From an uncultured Porphyromonadaceae bacterium (GTDB lineage Bacteria; Bacteroidota; Bacteroidia; Bacteroidales; Muribaculaceae): a stretch of 64,000 bases of DNA. Shown here one piece after another: positions 10,045 to 22,102 of the stretch. The stretch is from the NCBI GenBank assembly GCA_947643665.1, contig CANRWW010000003.1:4340-68339 (forward strand), written 5' to 3'. Under the pieces are notes generated by a model. It had not been told where the DNA came from, did not search any database, and worked only from the letters and a program-made list of their open reading frames with translations. The translations under genes and the position numbers were made by a program. Position 1 is the stretch's first letter, and each line of letters begins with the position of its first letter.

Positions 10045-10917
10045 TTATCCGATGGTATGGTTGGCTATTAGTGTCTTCACCAGGTCCTCTATCTGTTCGT
10101 CGTTGTTCTCCAGATGCAAGGATTCCTTGGCGGTAAATACCACATTTTCGATCGCTTTCACTTTTGTAGGTGAACCTGGCATACCTATCTGGGCGGGATC
10201 CGCTTCAACAAATGCGGCGCTCCATTCCTGAAGGTTCAGTCCGGGGCGTTTGTCTACCAGCGACTTAAGCTCATCAGACAGTTTCTCTTTTTCCGAGGGG
10301 GAAACGGCATATTTGTATTGCATCACGCGTTTTGCATTGCGTGGACGGCAGTCGGGCGCCGATCCGTTGACTGTCACAACAAGTGGCATGGGGGCTTTAA
10401 CGGTCTCCACACCTGATTCGATGCGGCGGCGTATGGTGGCTTTGCCATCGGTTATATTGAGTATCTCCTCTGCATAGGTCACCTGGGGCATGCCGAGCTT
10501 TTCAGCTACCTGCGGGCCTACTTGGGCTGTGTCACCGTCAATAGCCTGACGTCCGCAGAGCACAATGTCAACTTTACCCATTTTTTTTATGGCCTGTGCC
10601 AGGGAGTAGGAGGTGGCAAGTGTATCTGCACCCCCAAGAGCACGGTCGGTAAGCACGATTCCTGTATCTGCTCCGCGGAACATGGCTTCGCGGATAACTT
10701 CTGCAGCACGTGGAAGACCCATGGTGAGCATTGTCACAGTGCTACCGGGGTAAGTGTCTTTTAGACGGAGGGCCTGTTCCAGAGCGTTTAAATCTTCAGG
10801 ATTAAAGATGGCAGGCAGAGCTGCGCGGTTGATTGTGCCATCTTCCTTCATAGCATCTTTTCCTACGTTGCGGGTGTCGGGAACCTGCTTGGCAAGAACT
10901 ACGATGTTTAAGCTCAT
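10045..10917 (-). CDS. etfB: Electron transfer flavoprotein subunit beta
   Basis: 290 aa with the EtfB-typical N-terminus MSLNIVVLAKQVPDT. It is the first gene of the etfB-etfA-acd array. Confidence 0.9.
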   Translation of the reverse strand: MSLNIVVLAKQVPDTRNVGKDAMKEDGTINRAALPAIFNPEDLNALEQALRLKDTYPGSTVTMLTMGLPRAAEVIREAMFRGADTGIVLTDRALGGADTLATSYSLAQAIKKMGKVDIVLCGRQAIDGDTAQVGPQVAEKLGMPQVTYAEEILNITDGKATIRRRIESGVETVKAPMPLVVTVNGSAPDCRPRNAKRVMQYKYAVSPSEKEKLSDELKSLVDKRPGLNLQEWSAAFVEADPAQIGMPGSPTKVKAIENVVFTAKESLHLENNDEQIEDLVKTLIANHTIG

Positions 10918-11011
10918 AATTTTACTATTAAGTTTAGTTTATAGTTTTCATATTATGGCGCGGTCTCGTTACTCTTTTTTACGGTTAGAACGCGCATTGT
11001 TTTCAGCGATG

Positions 11012-11019
11012 CAAAGTTA
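11012..11019 (-). promoter_or_regulatory. Bacteroidetes -7 promoter box (TAnnTTTG)
   Basis: TAACTTTG on the minus strand (plus-strand context gatgcaaagttac), about 94 nt upstream of etfB. Confidence 0.45.
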
Positions 11020-11138
11020 CTCAAAATCAGCCACCTTGCCAAATCTTTTTTCGCACAATATTCCTAAAATTATCCCTTTTTGCTTTTTATTGGGATTAGG
11101 ATTGAACACATGTTTTCCGAGGGCACAGCACGCATCAT

Positions 11139-11188
11139 AAACAGGGTACCATGCCTAAATGCAAAGATTTTGGCATGGCACCCTGTTT
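11139..11188. terminator. Intrinsic terminator hairpin downstream of the GH43 gene
   Basis: A 17-bp stem with one mismatch (aaacagggtaccatgcc / ggcatggcaccctgttt), flanked by T/A runs and about 65 nt past the GH43 stop. Confidence 0.6.
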
Positions 11189-11254
11189 TTAGTACGGATG
11201 GGGGCTGTCATGACACCTCCTTGATAAATTACCTTGAGAGCTATGATTCTATCC

Positions 11255-12256
11255 TTATTTCTTGATTACGGGACGGACTGCTGTCTCGGAAGGTTGGCCG
11301 GTCATGGTTCGTGGCCAGCCTTCGGTGTCCCAAGTAACGGCGTCTAGGTATACTTTACGTCCGGCTTTGGGATCGGCAGCATCAAAACCGTGGTAAAGCA
11401 TCCAGTAATGGCCGGCGTCGTCGGTCACGAAATTTGCGTTATGGCCGGGACCTATCACTTTCTCGCTGCGTTCATGCATTAGAGAAAATCCGTTTTCCAT
11501 CGCTGGTTTACCATCTTTGTCCACATATGGGCCGAAAAGGTCTTTTGAGCGTGCCACTACCACACGGTATGTGCTTCTTTCTCCCTCGCAGCATGTGCCG
11601 GCTGAACCGATCAGGTAGTAATATCCGAGATGCTTGAAGATGTTTGTGCCTTCAGTTAATGTGCCGGCTATCTGGCGCTTTTCCGCGCCAGGTTTTACAG
11701 ACAGGCCGTCATCAGACAGCTCAATGCCATATATGCCACGGAAACTCCCCCAAAAAAGGTATTTTTTACCATTATCTTCAATATAAAACGGATCGATACT
11801 GTTCTGCACACCGATCTCATTGCTTATGAAGAGTTTCCCGTGGTCCGTGAACGGACCCTCTGGAGCATCGGCAGTAGCGACACCTATGCCGCATTCCCAT
11901 TCGCCGCCCCATTTCGATTTTGAGTAGTAAAGCACATATTTGTCACCGATACGCTGGATATCAGGAGCCCAGATATTGCCGTCGGGCACTATTTGCGGAC
12001 GTGTTTCATCGGTAAAGGCTGTGCCTACTAATTCCCAGTCAACAAGGTTTTTAGATTTGAAAATGGGCAGATTCCTCACATTTTCAGTCGCATATAGGTA
12101 GTAGGTGCCGTCATCGGCCCTTATGACGGTGGGATCCGGGGCACTTTGGTTGATTACCGGATTGTTATAAGTGGATTCGGCGGTTGCTGTCAAAAAAGCA
12201 GCCGAGACGATGGCTCCCAGAATAAATCGTTTTGGGAAAATGGTATTGTATTTCAT
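11255..12256 (-). CDS. Glycoside hydrolase family 43 protein
   Basis: It has a signal peptide (MKYNTIFPKRFILGAIVSAAFLTATA) and the GH43 N-terminal catalytic-Asp motif NPVINQSAPDPTVIRADDGTYYLYATE. I trimmed the start from the track's 12295 because the purL terminator hairpin overlaps the longer N-terminus. Confidence 0.85.
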   Translation of the reverse strand: MKYNTIFPKRFILGAIVSAAFLTATAESTYNNPVINQSAPDPTVIRADDGTYYLYATENVRNLPIFKSKNLVDWELVGTAFTDETRPQIVPDGNIWAPDIQRIGDKYVLYYSKSKWGGEWECGIGVATADAPEGPFTDHGKLFISNEIGVQNSIDPFYIEDNGKKYLFWGSFRGIYGIELSDDGLSVKPGAEKRQIAGTLTEGTNIFKHLGYYYLIGSAGTCCEGERSTYRVVVARSKDLFGPYVDKDGKPAMENGFSLMHERSEKVIGPGHNANFVTDDAGHYWMLYHGFDAADPKAGRKVYLDAVTWDTEGWPRTMTGQPSETAVRPVIKK

Positions 12257-12287
12257 GGGTTCTTTATAGCAAGTTGTCATTGGTAAT

Positions 12288-12333
12288 AAAAGCATGGATT
12301 CGATTCGAAAATCAGAGCAGAATCCATGCTTTT
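12288..12333. terminator. Intrinsic terminator hairpin downstream of purL
   Basis: Stem aaaagcatggattc / gaatccatgctttt with an 18-nt loop, starting 8 nt past the purL stop. Confidence 0.6.
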
Positions 12334-12340
12334 ATAGATT

Positions 12341-15300
12341 TTATTTCTTGTTTGTTTCTATCCAGCGACGTGCTGCGATGAATGCGTCAATCCAGGGGGT
12401 GACGGCGTCTTTGCGCCGGTTTGCAGGATAATATCCGCATTGCCACGGGAATATGGCACGTTCAAGATGGGGCATCATTGCAAGGTGGCGGCCGTCTGCC
12501 GAGCTGAGCGCAGCCACCGCTCCGCGCGAACCGTTGGGGTTTGCCGGGTATGCGGCATAGTTGTAACGTGCGGCGATATTGTAATCCTTGAGGCTTCCGG
12601 GGAGCATGAAACGTCCCTCGCCGTGGGCCACCCATATGCCGAGTTTCATGCCCGCAAGTGGAGCAAGCATCACGTTGTTGGTTTTGGAAACAGTGAGGCC
12701 TACGAACTGCGACTCAAATTTGTGGCTTATATTGTGGTCCATCCGCGGACGGCCTGCACCTGTGCCGTCATCCTCGGTCACATTGCCTTGCAGCAGGCCG
12801 AGTTCAATCATAAGCTGGCAACCGTTGCATATGCCGAGGCTGAGTGTGTCGGGACGGTTGTAGAAGCGGCGCAGGGTCTCTTTTGCCGTGTCGTTCCAGC
12901 GGAATCCGCTTGCCCATCCTTTGGCGGATCCGAGAACATCGGAGTTGGAGAAACCGCCGCAGAATACGATCATGTTTATATCGTCAAGAGTCTCGCGTCC
13001 GCTCATCAGGTCGGTCATGTGCACGTCTTTTACGTCGAATCCTGCAAGATAAAGCGAATATGCCATCTCGCGGTCACCGTTAACACCCTTTTCGCGGATG
13101 ATTGCCGCGCGGATACCGGTTTTACCGTCACGGCGGTATGTTATGCCGCGAGATTCAAGAGAGCCGTCGAATGACGCTGGTATGGCATAGCGGAGAGGCT
13201 GTTTCTTATAATTTTCAAAACGCATCGCCGCACAGTCTGCGCCGCTCTGTATGCGGTCAAGCAGATACGACGGCTCAAACCATGCGTCGCGCAGATGGTC
13301 TATGCCGAGCAGGCGTTCTGTGCCTTCATGCTCAAGGAGCAATACGCGTTCGGCGGCAGGACGGCCGAGCACGCAGAACTTTATGCCGGCGTCAGCGAGC
13401 ACTTTTTCAACAGTAGCACGTTTTGCATCTTCCACCTGGATTACGACAGCCGGATTCTCGGCAAATAGGATCTTCACTAGGTCTGTCTCGCCATTGGCCG
13501 TGAATCCTTCCGTGGTGATGGACAGGCCGCCGTCGGTATTGGCAAAGACCATCTCCAGAAGTGTGGTGATAAGACCTCCTGCAGAGACGTCGTGCATGGC
13601 CAGGACGCGGTTGTTTTTAACAAGGTTTTGCACAGCGGCAAAAGCTCGCTTGAAGTAATCGGCATCTGCTACGGTAGGGGCGTCTGATCCTATGGAATTA
13701 AGTGTCTGTGCGAAAGCCGATCCGCCAAGACGTAGTGCGTCTGCCGAAAAATCAATATAATAAAGTTCCGATTTGGCTTTTTTCTGAAGCACAGGGGTGA
13801 CAGTGCGGCGAACATCTGTTGTTTCCCCTGCTGCTGAGATAATCACTGTGCCTGGTGCAAACACCTTGTCTTCACCATATTTCTGTGTCATGGACAGTGA
13901 ATCCTTACCGGTGGGGATATTGATGCCGAGGGCTACCGCAAAATCGGAACATGCTTCAACAGCCCGGTAAAGCGCTGCGTCTTCACCGGCATTCTTGCAT
14001 GGCCACATCCAGTTTGCACTGAGGCTCACACTTTTTAGCCCGTTTTTGAGGGGAGCGCCTGCTATGTTTGTCAGCGCCTCGGCTACTGCCATCACCGAGC
14101 CTTTGGCGCTGTCGGCAAGGGCCACCTGTGGCGCATGGCCTATGGAAGTGGCTATACCGGCGCGTCCTGTGTAGTCAAGAGCTACGACACCGCAGTCGCT
14201 TAGGGGGAGCTGGATCTCTCCCTGGCACTGCTGGCGTGCCACACGGCCTGTCACTGAGCGGTCGACTTTGTTTGTCAGCCAGTCTTTGCATGCCACGGCT
14301 TCAAGCGAAAGCACATTGCGCACGTAGGTGTTGAGTTCAGCCACGTCGTATGCCGGTGCTTTATAGGAAATTTCTACGGTGTTGTCGCGCATGATGGTTT
14401 TGGGGGAGTTGCCGAACATGTCTGCCATCTCCAGGTCAATGGGTTTGCGCCCTTTGGCATCCGAGAATACAAACTTATGGTCGCCGGTGGTTTCTCCCAC
14501 CACATACATCGGGGCACGTTCGCGCTGGGCAACCCGCTCCACGTAAGGTATATCTTTGGCATCCACCACCATGCCCATACGTTCCTGGCTCTCGTTGCCC
14601 ACGATTTCCTTTGCGGAGAGTGTCTTGTCACCCACGGGAAGCGCGTCCAGGTCAATATGTCCGCCGGTTTCCTCTACAAGTTCAGACAGTGCGTTGAGGT
14701 GTCCTCCCGCACCATGGTCATGGATGGAAACAACGGGATTGTTGTCGCTTTCAGCCAAGGCACGGATCACATTGGCCACACGTTTCTGCATTTCGGGATT
14801 TGCACGCTGCACGGCGTTGAGTTCTATGGCGTTGGCATATTGTCCGGTTTCTACAGAGCTTACAGCTCCTCCACCCATGCCTATGCGGTAGTTGTCGCCA
14901 CCCATCACCACTACTTTCTCTCCAGCGACGGGGGTACCCTTTATGGCATCTTTTTTTGCGGCGTAACCGACACCGCCTGCAAGCATGATCACTTTGTCAT
15001 ATGCATACATGCGGCCGTTTTCGTCATGCTCAAATGTAAGCAATGATCCGCAGATGAGCGGTTGCCCGAATTTGTTGCCGAAATCTGAGGCTCCGTTGGA
15101 GGCTTTTATAAGTATTTCGGCAGGTGTCTGGTAAAGCCATACACGCGGATTCATCATCAATTCCCACTTGTGGGCTTCGCTCAGGCGGGGATATGAGGTC
15201 ATATATACGGCTGTTCCGGCGATCGGAAGCGATGCTTTGCCTCCTCCTAGACGGTCGCGGATTTCACCGCCGGTGCCTGTGGCTGCTCCGTTGAATGGCT

Positions 15301-16069
15301 CAACGGTTGTGGGGAAGTTGTGTGTCTCGGCCTTAAGGGATATTACCGTGTCAAGGTCTTTTACCTCGAAGTAGTCAGGACGATCAGGATTCACAGGATA
15401 GAACTGGTCAACTCTCGGTCCGTCAAGGAAAGCCACATTGTCTTTGTATGCGCTCACAAGTCCGTTGGGGTTTTCTTGTGATGTGCGTTTGATGAGTTTG
15501 AACAGAGAAGTGGGTTTTTCCTCCCCGTCAACAACAAATGTACCGTTGAAAATTTTGTGGCGGCAGTGCTCGGAGTTTACTTGTGAAAAGCCGAAAACCT
15601 CGGAGTCTGTCAGGGGACGTCCTAGCTTTTTTGCCAGGTTGCTGAGATATTCTTCCTCTTCAGGGCTGAGTGCCAGACCTTCCTGTGCGTTATACGCGTG
15701 GATATCATCAATTTTTACAATCGGATCCGGCTTGCGGTCAATTGTGAATACTCGGCTGTTCAGCCCGTCGTAATGGCGGAAGAGCATTTTATCGAAGTGA
15801 GGCTCTTCCCCGTCGGGCACGCGGGTGAATTGCTCTATGCGGGTAATGCCGGTGAGGCCCATGTTCTGGGCTATCTCTACGGCATTTGTGCTCCAGGGAG
15901 TGATCATCTCTCGGCGCGGTCCCACAAAGCTGCCTTTTATAGAGGTGGCACTCAGGGGTTTTGCACCTGAAAATGACCACATTAATTTCTCTTTCTCGTT
16001 TTCGTTGAGGCGATGGTCTGTTTCAACAGCAAAAAATGTTGAACTTCCTTTTTTGAAAAATTGAACCAT
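12341..16069 (-). CDS. purL: Phosphoribosylformylglycinamidine synthase (single-chain large form)
   Basis: 1242 aa with duplicated AIR-synthase-like domains and a C-terminal glutaminase domain carrying the nucleophile motif LSLGICNGCQ and WVAHGEGRF. Confidence 0.95.
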   Translation of the reverse strand: MVQFFKKGSSTFFAVETDHRLNENEKEKLMWSFSGAKPLSATSIKGSFVGPRREMITPWSTNAVEIAQNMGLTGITRIEQFTRVPDGEEPHFDKMLFRHYDGLNSRVFTIDRKPDPIVKIDDIHAYNAQEGLALSPEEEEYLSNLAKKLGRPLTDSEVFGFSQVNSEHCRHKIFNGTFVVDGEEKPTSLFKLIKRTSQENPNGLVSAYKDNVAFLDGPRVDQFYPVNPDRPDYFEVKDLDTVISLKAETHNFPTTVEPFNGAATGTGGEIRDRLGGGKASLPIAGTAVYMTSYPRLSEAHKWELMMNPRVWLYQTPAEILIKASNGASDFGNKFGQPLICGSLLTFEHDENGRMYAYDKVIMLAGGVGYAAKKDAIKGTPVAGEKVVVMGGDNYRIGMGGGAVSSVETGQYANAIELNAVQRANPEMQKRVANVIRALAESDNNPVVSIHDHGAGGHLNALSELVEETGGHIDLDALPVGDKTLSAKEIVGNESQERMGMVVDAKDIPYVERVAQRERAPMYVVGETTGDHKFVFSDAKGRKPIDLEMADMFGNSPKTIMRDNTVEISYKAPAYDVAELNTYVRNVLSLEAVACKDWLTNKVDRSVTGRVARQQCQGEIQLPLSDCGVVALDYTGRAGIATSIGHAPQVALADSAKGSVMAVAEALTNIAGAPLKNGLKSVSLSANWMWPCKNAGEDAALYRAVEACSDFAVALGINIPTGKDSLSMTQKYGEDKVFAPGTVIISAAGETTDVRRTVTPVLQKKAKSELYYIDFSADALRLGGSAFAQTLNSIGSDAPTVADADYFKRAFAAVQNLVKNNRVLAMHDVSAGGLITTLLEMVFANTDGGLSITTEGFTANGETDLVKILFAENPAVVIQVEDAKRATVEKVLADAGIKFCVLGRPAAERVLLLEHEGTERLLGIDHLRDAWFEPSYLLDRIQSGADCAAMRFENYKKQPLRYAIPASFDGSLESRGITYRRDGKTGIRAAIIREKGVNGDREMAYSLYLAGFDVKDVHMTDLMSGRETLDDINMIVFCGGFSNSDVLGSAKGWASGFRWNDTAKETLRRFYNRPDTLSLGICNGCQLMIELGLLQGNVTEDDGTGAGRPRMDHNISHKFESQFVGLTVSKTNNVMLAPLAGMKLGIWVAHGEGRFMLPGSLKDYNIAARYNYAAYPANPNGSRGAVAALSSADGRHLAMMPHLERAIFPWQCGYYPANRRKDAVTPWIDAFIAARRWIETNKK

Positions 16070-16094
16070 GAGGGGGGAGTATTGGTGAATTTCC

Positions 16095-16388
16095 TTAAAA
16101 TTCGTAATCTACACAAGCACGGTCTGCTTTATGTCCTGCAAGAAGCGATGCCGCGGCTACATGAGCCGGATGTGCGGCATATGTAGCTACGTCTGCCATG
16201 GTAGGTACTATGGCCGTGAGCACTACATCCCACTTTTCCGCCGGATTTGAATTTATACCGACTTCCATGCTTTCGAGTACCGGTATTTGGGGAGGGAGGG
16301 ACAGCAGGGCTTCTTTGAAGCGTGTTGCCACATCAAGGCGCTCCTGAGGAGAGCCGGTGAGCTTGAATGTTACGATATGTTTTACCAT
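16095..16388 (-). CDS. Dabb-family stress-responsive alpha/beta-barrel protein
   Basis: 97 aa. The sequence MVKHIVTFKL...VVLTAIV...ACVDYEF matches the single-domain Dabb pattern. Confidence 0.75.
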   Translation of the reverse strand: MVKHIVTFKLTGSPQERLDVATRFKEALLSLPPQIPVLESMEVGINSNPAEKWDVVLTAIVPTMADVATYAAHPAHVAAASLLAGHKADRACVDYEF

Positions 16389-16442
16389 AATGTAAGTAAC
16401 TGTGCTTATGTAAATAATGTGATAGGATCGGTATGTCGAGGA

Positions 16443-18167
<1,725 letters not shown>

Positions 18168-18469
18168 TTAAATTGATATGCTCCAACTATTTTTCCTCAA
18201 CCCTTCTGTTCCGTTTCATCTGGCAAATGCAATATATATCATATACATATTTGAGCAAGTAACAAATCTTCTATAAAATCAGGGATTTAAGCATTTATTT
18301 ATTTTTTATATTACATTTGTTCCTTGGTTGCTTTCCATTACGGCCCACTCTGCTGTTTCGTTCTATTTTTGTAATATTGAACATATTTCAGTTCTACAAA
18401 ACTCTGTCCTTTTTGTTCTGATAGGCTTCTGTTATTGTAGGGTTAGTTCTTTCTTTATAAGAAATATGT

Positions 18470-19450
18470 TTATTCGTCTTTTCTTTTCAGCATTTTAATG
18501 GCTCTGTCAAAATCGCTTTCGAATAGGCTCATTTTGCGCCGACGGTATATGTCGAACTCCTTTTCGGCTTTTTCTATCGCCTCTTTGTGGGAAACAGTGC
18601 CTTTGCCAGTCAATACCTTACGCTTGTTCGCGGTGATTTGATTGTCAAGCGCCTCTATCCAATCCTTCATCGTCATCGGATTCATATCCAACGCTTGAAA
18701 CTCGGCAAAGTCCAAAAATCCAGATACCAGCAAATTTAAACGCTGCAATTCTATCTCCGACAGATAGTTCTTGGCAATATTCACGTCATCTTTGGTTACA
18801 TAGTCGCCTTTGAAGTTAGTCATTCCGACAAAAGGCTTTTCGTTATCCACGCGATTATAGATTACCTCGGCAGCAGTATTTTCATGGACGGCATAATGCA
18901 TCTTGTTTTGAACTGTAGCGAAAAATGTTTTGGTCATATCGCTGCGCGGATCGTAGTCAACTGCTGTAGCATAAATATCCGTAACCTGTTGATAAAAATT
19001 TCGCTCGCTGCTACGGATATCCCGGATGCGCTGCAAGAGTTCACGAAAATAACGGTTTCCACCCTGTTTGAGCCTTTCATCGTCCATCGCAAACCCCTTC
19101 TGGATATATTCGTGGAGCCGTTGTGTCGCCCATCGGCGGAAGCGTGTGGCAATCTGGGACTGAACACGATAGCCCAACGCGATAATCATATCAAGATTAT
19201 AGTGGTCAATATTGCGTTTTACCTGCCGTACACCTTCAGTTTGAACTAACAAGAATTTCTTGTGAGTTGCTTCATTTAGTTCATTGTCACGGTATATATT
19301 CGCAATGTGCTGTGCGATATTTTGCTGCGTCGTGTTATATATCTCGGCCAACTGATTCTGAGTGAGCCATAAATCTTCGTTGGCAAAACGAACAGATACC
19401 TGCGTTACCTCATTGTCGTCTTGGTAGATGATAATCTTATTGTTTTCCAT
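18470..19450 (-). CDS. RhuM-family (virulence protein RhuM-like) protein
   Basis: 326 aa. The N-terminus MENNKIIIYQDDNEVTQVSVRFANEDLWLTQNQLAEIYNTTQQNIAQHIANIY...YNLDMIIALGYRVQSQIATRFRRWATQRL matches the conserved RhuM-family N-terminal pattern. Confidence 0.85.
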   Translation of the reverse strand: MENNKIIIYQDDNEVTQVSVRFANEDLWLTQNQLAEIYNTTQQNIAQHIANIYRDNELNEATHKKFLLVQTEGVRQVKRNIDHYNLDMIIALGYRVQSQIATRFRRWATQRLHEYIQKGFAMDDERLKQGGNRYFRELLQRIRDIRSSERNFYQQVTDIYATAVDYDPRSDMTKTFFATVQNKMHYAVHENTAAEVIYNRVDNEKPFVGMTNFKGDYVTKDDVNIAKNYLSEIELQRLNLLVSGFLDFAEFQALDMNPMTMKDWIEALDNQITANKRKVLTGKGTVSHKEAIEKAEKEFDIYRRRKMSLFESDFDRAIKMLKRKDE

Positions 19451-19577
19451 AATTTAGCATATTCTCAATAACATGAACTCGCGCGGCTTTATTGGTTCAA
19501 ATTTGGTCTAAATCAACTTTAACCCGACTATCTCTTACTTGAAGCGTAATTTCTAGTTTTTTGCTCATATTCTGATG

Positions 19578-19585
19578 CAAAGTTA
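19578..19585 (-). promoter_or_regulatory. Bacteroidetes -7 promoter box (TAnnTTTG)
   Basis: TAACTTTG on the minus strand (plus-strand context gatgcaaagtta, the same 12-mer as at the etfB promoter), 127 nt upstream of the RhuM start. Confidence 0.4.
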
Positions 19586-19797
19586 TAAAGAATAATATGA
19601 ATTAAGGGATAAACAAGAAACAAAAATACATCGAAAAAAGAACCAAACAACTATAAATTCCGAAAGCGAGTGAAAATACAATAGCCACTATGATGGACTG
19701 ATATGATTCACTTTTATTTTCATTTGATTAGTTCTTATTCCTGTTACCGGATTATATTTATAAATATGGAAAGTTTCAGGCTTTTGAACATAAGGAT

Positions 19798-19832
19798 CCC
19801 GGACAAGCCGATGGTTTCTGGCCTTGTCCGGG
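19798..19832. terminator. Hairpin downstream of recQ (putative terminator)
   Basis: Stem cccggacaagcc / ggccttgtccggg with one bulge, about 30 nt past the recQ stop. The U-tract is weak. Confidence 0.45.
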
Positions 19833-19864
19833 ATTGTTTGTCTATGCTTGTTGCCGGTATTTTA

Positions 19865-22045
19865 TCAGTTGCCGAGTTCTGAAAGGAATTTGATGCGCAT
19901 AAGGCGTATTTCATCTTCGGAATATTCCGATCCGAGTTCCTGTATGGCATCTTCAAGTGAATCCGATTCTGCTTCCTTGAAGTATTCGAATATATCTTCC
20001 TGATGGTCATCGTCAATTACTTCGTTTATGAAGTAGTTGATGTTTATTTTTGTCCCAGAATATACGATTGCTTCAATTTCGTCAAGGAGTTCGCCGAACT
20101 CCATGCATTTGGAGTTGGCAAGCTCGTCAAGGTCTATTTTGCGGTCAATGGCTTGTATGATAGAGATCTTGATGCGGCTTTTGTTTGCAACGGATCGCAC
20201 ACGCAGGTCTTCAGGCCGTTCGATTTCGTTTTCTTCCACATGGGTCTTGATCACTTTTATGAACTCTTCGCCGTAGCGTTTTGCTTTTCCAGCTCCCACT
20301 CCGGTGATGTTCTGGAGCTCTTCCATTGTCACTGGGTATGTCGTGGCCATGGCTTCAAGTGACGGATCCTGGAAGATCACATATGGAGGAAGATTATGAT
20401 GTTTCGCGATTTTCTTGCGCAGGTCTTTCAGTATGGAGTACAGTTCCGGATCGACGGCGCATGATGCTCCGCTTTTTACGGCTACTTCTTCCTCTTCCTC
20501 ATTGAAGTCGTTGTCTTCTACGATCTTGAAAGTTCCTGGATGTTTAAGGAATTCTTTCCCTTTGGCAGTGATTTTTACCAGTCCGAAATTTTCAATTTCC
20601 CTTTCGATGTATCCTGCGATTGTAGCCTGCCGCAACAGGGCGCCGAGGTAACGGCGGTCTGTCTTTGGCAGCGAGCCGAATGCCTCAAGCTCGTCGTGAT
20701 GGTAGGTGCGGACATCTGCGGTTTCACGTCCGGTCACTACATCAATGATGTGTTCAGCTTTAAATTTTTCTTTAAGGGCAGCGATGCTTTCCAACACTGC
20801 GCATAAATCATCTTTAGCGTCCACTTTTTTCTTTGGATTTAAACAGTTATCACAGTTCCCACAGTTGTCGTGCTCATATTCTTCTCCAAAATAATGGAGA
20901 AGGGTTTTGCGGCGGCATACAGACGATTCCGCGTAGGAGGCTGTCTCGGCAAGCAGTTGCTTTCCGATCTCCTGCTCTGTCACAGGTTTCCCCTGCATGA
21001 ATTTTTCCATCTTCTTGAGGTCCTTTGCCGAGTAGAAGGTGATGCAACGGCCTTCGCCGCCATCACGGCCGGCGCGGCCGGTCTCCTGATAGTATCCCTC
21101 CAGGGATTTGGGCATATCGTAGTGTATGACGTAGCGCACATCAGGTTTGTCTATCCCCATGCCGAAGGCTATTGTGGCTACGATCACATCGGTTTTTTCA
21201 AGCAGAAACGCGTCCTGGTTTGCCGAACGTGTTGCCGGATCCATTCCGGCATGGTAGGGGAGAGCCTTGATATTGTTTACCTGGAGTAATTCAGCAAGTT
21301 CTTCAACTTTTTTTCTGCTGAGGCAATATATGATACCTGAGCAGTCAGGATGGCTCTTGATGAATTTTATTATGTCGCGGTCTGTGTTTGTCGTTTTCGA
21401 TCTTATTTCGTAATATAGATTCGAGCGGTTGAACGACGATTTGTACACCACGGCATCGGTCATGCCAAGGTTCTTCTGTATATCGTGCTGTACTTTTGGA
21501 GTGGCGGTGGCTGTGAGGGCTATCACAGGCCGTTCCTGTATCTCATTTATTATAGGCCGGATGCGGCGGTATTCAGGCCGGAAATCGTGGCCCCATTCAG
21601 AGATACAATGGGCTTCGTCCACAGCGTAGAACGATATGGGAACTGTCTTCAAAAATTCAATATTCTCTTCTTTTGTAAGTGACTCCGGTGCCACATAAAG
21701 CAGTTTTGTTTTTCCTGACAATATATCAGCTTTTACCTGGTCAATCGCGCTTTTATTCAGCGACGAGTTGAGGAAATGGGCTATGCCGTCATCGGTGCCG
21801 AAATTACGCATCGCATCTACTTGGTTTTTCATTAATGCGATAAGTGGCGACACCACTATGGCCGTTCCATCCATGAGCAACGATGGCAACTGGTAACACA
21901 GTGATTTTCCTCCGCCTGTCGGCATCAGTACAAACACATCGTTACCTGCAAGGAGCGACATCATTATCTGCTCCTGATTGCCTTTGAATTTATCAAATCC
22001 GAAATGGACTTTCAAGGCTTCGGTCAATTGCTGTCTTGTTGTCAT
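19865..22045 (-). CDS. recQ: ATP-dependent DNA helicase RecQ
   Basis: 726 aa with a DEAH box (AVDEAHCISEWGHDFRPEY), the RQC zinc cluster CRRKTLLHYFGEEYEHDNCGNCDNC, and an HRDC-like C-terminus. Confidence 0.95.
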   Translation of the reverse strand: MTTRQQLTEALKVHFGFDKFKGNQEQIMMSLLAGNDVFVLMPTGGGKSLCYQLPSLLMDGTAIVVSPLIALMKNQVDAMRNFGTDDGIAHFLNSSLNKSAIDQVKADILSGKTKLLYVAPESLTKEENIEFLKTVPISFYAVDEAHCISEWGHDFRPEYRRIRPIINEIQERPVIALTATATPKVQHDIQKNLGMTDAVVYKSSFNRSNLYYEIRSKTTNTDRDIIKFIKSHPDCSGIIYCLSRKKVEELAELLQVNNIKALPYHAGMDPATRSANQDAFLLEKTDVIVATIAFGMGIDKPDVRYVIHYDMPKSLEGYYQETGRAGRDGGEGRCITFYSAKDLKKMEKFMQGKPVTEQEIGKQLLAETASYAESSVCRRKTLLHYFGEEYEHDNCGNCDNCLNPKKKVDAKDDLCAVLESIAALKEKFKAEHIIDVVTGRETADVRTYHHDELEAFGSLPKTDRRYLGALLRQATIAGYIEREIENFGLVKITAKGKEFLKHPGTFKIVEDNDFNEEEEEVAVKSGASCAVDPELYSILKDLRKKIAKHHNLPPYVIFQDPSLEAMATTYPVTMEELQNITGVGAGKAKRYGEEFIKVIKTHVEENEIERPEDLRVRSVANKSRIKISIIQAIDRKIDLDELANSKCMEFGELLDEIEAIVYSGTKININYFINEVIDDDHQEDIFEYFKEAESDSLEDAIQELGSEYSEDEIRLMRIKFLSELGN

Positions 22046-22102
22046 GGGGTCAGTTTAAGATTTGCTTCATGTGATTGAAGTCGTATGGGATGGAGGGAGG
22101 GG

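Noticed and set aside
18312-18371. Plus-strand TAnnTTTG matches (TACATTTG at 18312-18319 and TATTTTTG at 18364-18371) pointing antisense into the 3' end of the RhuM gene, which might drive an antisense RNA.
   Set aside because: The motif is short and the region is very AT-rich, so chance matches are expected. There is no downstream ORF, hairpin or other support.
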